64,000 bases of DNA from Amoebidium appalachense (Eukaryota; Protista; Ichthyosporea), in NCBI GenBank assembly GCA_963693365.1, contig CAVNZM010000002.1:13301615-13365614 (forward strand), given 5' to 3'. Below the pieces are notes generated by a model that was given only the letters and a program-made list of their open reading frames with translations, did no database searches and had not been told where the DNA came from. Below are positions 47,109 to 64,000 of the stretch, piece by piece; positions within the stretch are counted from its first letter, which is position 1, and the number at the start of each line of letters is the position of its first letter. The position numbers and the translations under genes were made by a program.

Positions 47109-47249
47109 GGCTGAAGCCTGCCCTCCTGGGCCCCCAACGTTAACACAGTCACTGAACTTGGACGCGTTTACAACTCGGTGCTACGCCAACCCCTTTGGGT
47201 CGTGAAACTGAACACTCGTTCGATCGAGTGATCACCTTGCACCTTGAAA

Positions 47250-47385
47250 CAAATCGGATCGATCGGATCGATCGCACGCGCGCGGCCAGCCCGCATGCAT
47301 GGCTGGATGACGTCACGGCTTGGTTTGGTGCAAATTGGCCCAATCAAATGCTTCCATGGCACAAATTCCTGCGCCTGGTATTGGC
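47250..47385. promoter_or_regulatory. Divergent promoter region between bL33m and the secreted protein (CRE + CCAAT boxes)
   Basis: TGACGTCA 47308-47315; ATTGG 47334-47338; CCAAT 47340-47344; ATTGG ~47380; GATCG repeats ~47257-47274. Confidence 0.45.
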
Positions 47386-47896
47386 TGTCACGACACCTCC
47401 ACCCCGTATCACTTGCGGAACACGCGTTTCAACTTTCAAAGAAAAGTTTTTGTTCACCTGTGCTACTTCGAGACTGCAGTCCGAGTCCTTCTTTGCTAAG
47501 AACGAAACTCGGTTCTACTAGATCAGAGTCCAAACGAAGTAACTTTCACACTGGTCACCATATGTGCTAGGGCTAGCTATCAGAATCGGCGGTTCTCTTA
47601 TGTATTTTTCAGGTTCGGGTTCATGCCCCTTTGTGAAAGCCCATCATCTCGGTCGGCTGTTTAGCAATCCCCCTAAAGTAGCGTACTACTCTGATTCGCT
47701 TAGCTTCCCACGTCCTTTTATATACTTTTGCTAAGTCACAATACTTTTACAGGCACAAATACATGCCAAACAAGCACGTAAAGAAAAGCGCAAATAGTGC
47801 TGCAGTACGTCTCATTGAGTGTTCTCGACGTATATCCGTAACCGCCCCACCATTCTAGTTCCACCCACAACTCCGTAGAAACACCGCCGTGACGAT

Positions 47897-49087
47897 ATGG
47901 TGGTCCTTAGGTGCAGTTGGGCCGTGTTTGGCCTGCTGCTAGCCCGCACATCGGCAATTGCCGTCCCCCAGGGCGCCTTCATACAGTACCGTGCTGGCGA
48001 ACCAAGCACCGGCAACACCACAGAGGAAGTATTCACCGACCCGTGTCAATCCGACCCGCCTATACCGGGTTGCCCAGGGTACTGTGCAGCTACTCCGGAC
48101 GCACCCGAGTGCCAGGACCCATGTGTCCTGGATCCGTTTGGTGTGGGCTGTCCTGCCTATTGCAGGGAGAAACCAGACACCCCTGAGTGCACGGGAGATT
48201 ACTGTGTGCTTAACCCAGACGACCCTGTGTGCGTGAATGAGGCCCAGCAAGCCCCTGCATCTCAATCTCAAGCATCAACACAGGCCGCGAGCCCACCCGC
48301 ACCAACCCAAGCACTAGCCCCAGCACCGATCCCAGCACCCACACAGGCACCGATGCCTGAAACCATGCAGGCACCCATCCAGCCACCCACCCAGGCACCT
48401 GCACCTACAAACACACCCACAGTGACCCAAGCACCCACCCAGCAAACGTCAACTGTTAATGCCAACCCGCCACCCCTTCCTACCGCCCAGGAGCCGGCCA
48501 ACGCTTCTGTTTCTCCCAGCCAGCCCAATGAGGTAGAACAAGCAACCACAGCGGCTGCGGATGATTTTCCGGCCCAGGCCACATCACCAGCACCGAACGA
48601 TGAGTCAGGACCCTCTACACAGCCAGATACCCCTTCAACCACATCAACCTCTGAGGGAACTCAACACTCAACATCTGTACTGCTTCCTACTCCTACCCCG
48701 AGCAACCAGCAGGCCAGTACAAAGGGGACTGATCTTGATGCGTTAGAGCTGGACGTGAGCCTGCCCGGCCCACTGCTAACTCCCACAGCCACCCTCACCA
48801 ACAAAGTACCAAAACCTACCACCACCAAAAACAGCACAGAAACTAGTGATAAGCCCTCTCTTCCTCTCACCCCCAATACTGCTGGCAGGTATGACCAGGA
48901 AGGGTATGATGAAGATGGGCATGATAGGTGGGGCTATGATGCTGATGGATATGATAGAAACTGGTTTGATAGGGAGGGGTATGATGAGGGGGGATACGAT
49001 ATTAAGGGCTGTGATAGGCAGGGCTACTGCAAGAAGAGCAAGGTCATGTATCGCAAGGCTCAGAGGGAGGGAAAGACCTGCAAGTGA
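47897..49087 (+). CDS. Intronless 396-aa secreted protein: signal peptide, Cys-rich DPC/YC repeats, Pro/Thr/Gln mucin-like stalk, C-terminal (Y/F/H)DxxG pentapeptide repeats
   Basis: Single ORF free of microsatellites. Hydrophobic N-terminus MVVLRCSWAVFGLLLARTSAIA; DPCQSDPPIPGCPGYC..DPCVLDPFGVGCPAYC..DYCVLNPDDPVC; PTQAP repeats; YDQEG-YDEDG-HDRWG-YDADG-YDRNW-FDREG-YDEGG-YDIKG-CDRQG; basic tail. Confidence 0.85.
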   Translation: MVVLRCSWAVFGLLLARTSAIAVPQGAFIQYRAGEPSTGNTTEEVFTDPCQSDPPIPGCPGYCAATPDAPECQDPCVLDPFGVGCPAYCREKPDTPECTGDYCVLNPDDPVCVNEAQQAPASQSQASTQAASPPAPTQALAPAPIPAPTQAPMPETMQAPIQPPTQAPAPTNTPTVTQAPTQQTSTVNANPPPLPTAQEPANASVSPSQPNEVEQATTAAADDFPAQATSPAPNDESGPSTQPDTPSTTSTSEGTQHSTSVLLPTPTPSNQQASTKGTDLDALELDVSLPGPLLTPTATLTNKVPKPTTTKNSTETSDKPSLPLTPNTAGRYDQEGYDEDGHDRWGYDADGYDRNWFDREGYDEGGYDIKGCDRQGYCKKSKVMYRKAQREGKTCK

Positions 49088-50047
49088 TGTGCGCAGGATC
49101 ACAGTGCATGTTAACTCCTGAATGCTAGGCCATTTGATATGTTGATTCATGTATAGCTGCCGGCGACAGCCAATGTGTATGAGTTTCTTATGTGTAACTC
49201 TGTCTGGTCTGGAGACCATACCTTGAAAATTAGTATTTGTCTAGATTGGTGCTGCTTGCTATGTGCTTACTGTAGGAAACCTTTTCCCCAACAGTACAGT
49301 ACTTGGCATAAGTTTTTTCGCACTGTTTATAGGAATCATGTTGTACTGCACATCAACTGAGTTTGTCTTGGTGACCCCTTAAGACATAAAGGGCAGATAC
49401 AGATGAGACCCGAAACGAAAGAAACTAGCACCTTGTCGCTATTACCTCGACAATGTACAGTTCAAGAGTCTACTCTTTCCCCACGTCCTTCGTTCATGTC
49501 TACTCTCGGTGTGCATAACTTGAGTCGTGTCTGTGCACCATGGCGTGTGATTCTTTCTGTTTTTGGCACACTAGGTGCTCATACATCACTTTTGCATACG
49601 TAGACCCAAGTAGCATGTAGGTAATGTGTTTTTCTCCATGGATGTGAGCATTCGAGTGTGTGTAGTTAAAGCTTGGCATGCTGTTGTGTGCGTGCATGTG
49701 TGCAGGTAACTGTGTACACGTGTGCGCGCGCGTGTGGGGGGAAAGGGTCTTAGCTATTACTATGTAGTGAGCGTGGGGGGGGAGAGGGGGGAGGGATATA
49801 GTACTTAGTTGTCAGGTACAGTGTACTGGTATCATATTTTTGAGGGATGAGGTGCACTGCACTGGTGCGCATCGACATCACCAAGTTGTGGAATGCTGAA
49901 TGCCCCTCCTCTCCCCCCCAAGCCCCCCCTCCCCGTAGGGCCTATCCCCCCTCCCCCCCCCCCCCCCCCCCCTCCCTCCCCCCCGTACCCTCCCCTCCCC
50001 TCTATCCTGCCACCCCACACACACATACATACACAGACACACACACA

Positions 50048-50091
<44 letters not shown>

Positions 50092-50149
50092 TGCGTGACA
50101 CGCACACATCTCCCTTCGTGTCCGACCCCATAGTCTAACTGATTAATCT

Positions 50150-50325
50150 GATGACGTAAACGTCTCTAGAATGAAATGAATTGCGTACTTGAGGTGAGCA
50201 GATTATGGCTTTAGACTAACATGCTGTTGCGTAATCGCTGGTCGTTCACATGATTGGCTGGCTATGTAGGCACCATTTGCGTGATTTGATTGGCTGTCCT
50301 ATTTGTTGGGCGCGCGTATATAAAG
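50150..50325 (+). promoter_or_regulatory. Putative NFX1 promoter (CRE-like, two inverted CCAAT boxes, TATA)
   Basis: TGACGTAA 50152-50159; TGATTGGCTG at 50251 and 50287 (36 bp apart); TATATAAA 50317-50324. Confidence 0.5.
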
Positions 50326-50518
50326 CACATGACATGGCTGCATCTGTTTCGTCGTATCTTTCTTTTTTTTTGTTTCCCCCCCCTGTTTTTCGTAATTGTA
50401 ATTGACTTCCCAACTTGACACTGGATGTCTTGGAACAATTCGTTCACAATACGGGAAACAAAGACATACATAACTTATGAGAAGTTCATTACACAAGACA
50501 ACGCACTGTGAGTCAGTC

Positions 50519-63563
<13,045 letters not shown>

Positions 63564-64000
63564 TGAGGTGGTTAGCGGGTTAATCAATTAATTATTTAGT
63601 GGGCCCCCCGTAATTAGTGGGCCCCCCGGTCATATGCTATTTTTGAAGGCACTGGTTGCCGCAAATTCCAGACCTTAGGCTGGGGGTGGCCGGTTTTCAA
63701 TGAAATCATGATGTGAAATTGGATGGACGTGTGCGATAGTTCACGGTCGCTTAAGGTGGGAATTTTGTGCTGTTGTGCACTGCTGCATGTTGTACATGAG
63801 CAGGTAACAATTGAGTTTGAAAAAAAGACCTGTCAGGTCGATTCCGTTTGTGCCTGCTAGTTCTGCTTTTTGGACAATACAGGAAGAGTAGATGTGCATA
63901 GATAGGGAGAGGTTGGAGTTCGAGAGGAAATATTGTTGAACTGAAAGTGGCTTACTAGCTTTTTCTTTATGTATGTGATATATGTACAGGTAGCCGGGGT

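Overview
Eukaryotic nuclear DNA from a very intron-dense genome. Almost all long ORFs in the supplied track are artefacts of (GT)n/(CA)n/poly-G/poly-C intronic microsatellites. Manual splicing gives seven protein-coding genes: a WDTC1/DCAF9-like WD40+TPR protein (minus, ~136-9900, possibly continuing past the left edge), a CAMK-group Ser/Thr kinase (+, 10868-15575), a kinesin-4 family motor (+, 18867-30845, ~33 exons), a KAT2/GCN5-PCAF acetyltransferase with the animal-type PCAF N-terminal domain (+, 32296-44183), mitoribosomal bL33m (minus, 45105-47108), an intronless secreted Cys-rich/mucin/GYD-repeat protein (+, 47897-49087) and NFX1 (+, ~50519-63563). Gene content suggests a unicellular holozoan (inference). 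The most notable observations are: the intronless secreted protein (HGT or retrogene candidate); many 3' splice sites with a strong branch point but a G-rich tract instead of a polypyrimidine tract; two minisatellites that start exactly at 5' splice sites; a TTAA-flanked MITE beside a mixed TTAGGG/TTTAGGG tract; a Myb+E2F+CHR mitotic promoter cassette upstream of the kinesin; and an apparent missing exon block in the WD40 gene. I see no definitive new multi-gene system, and these remain candidates.
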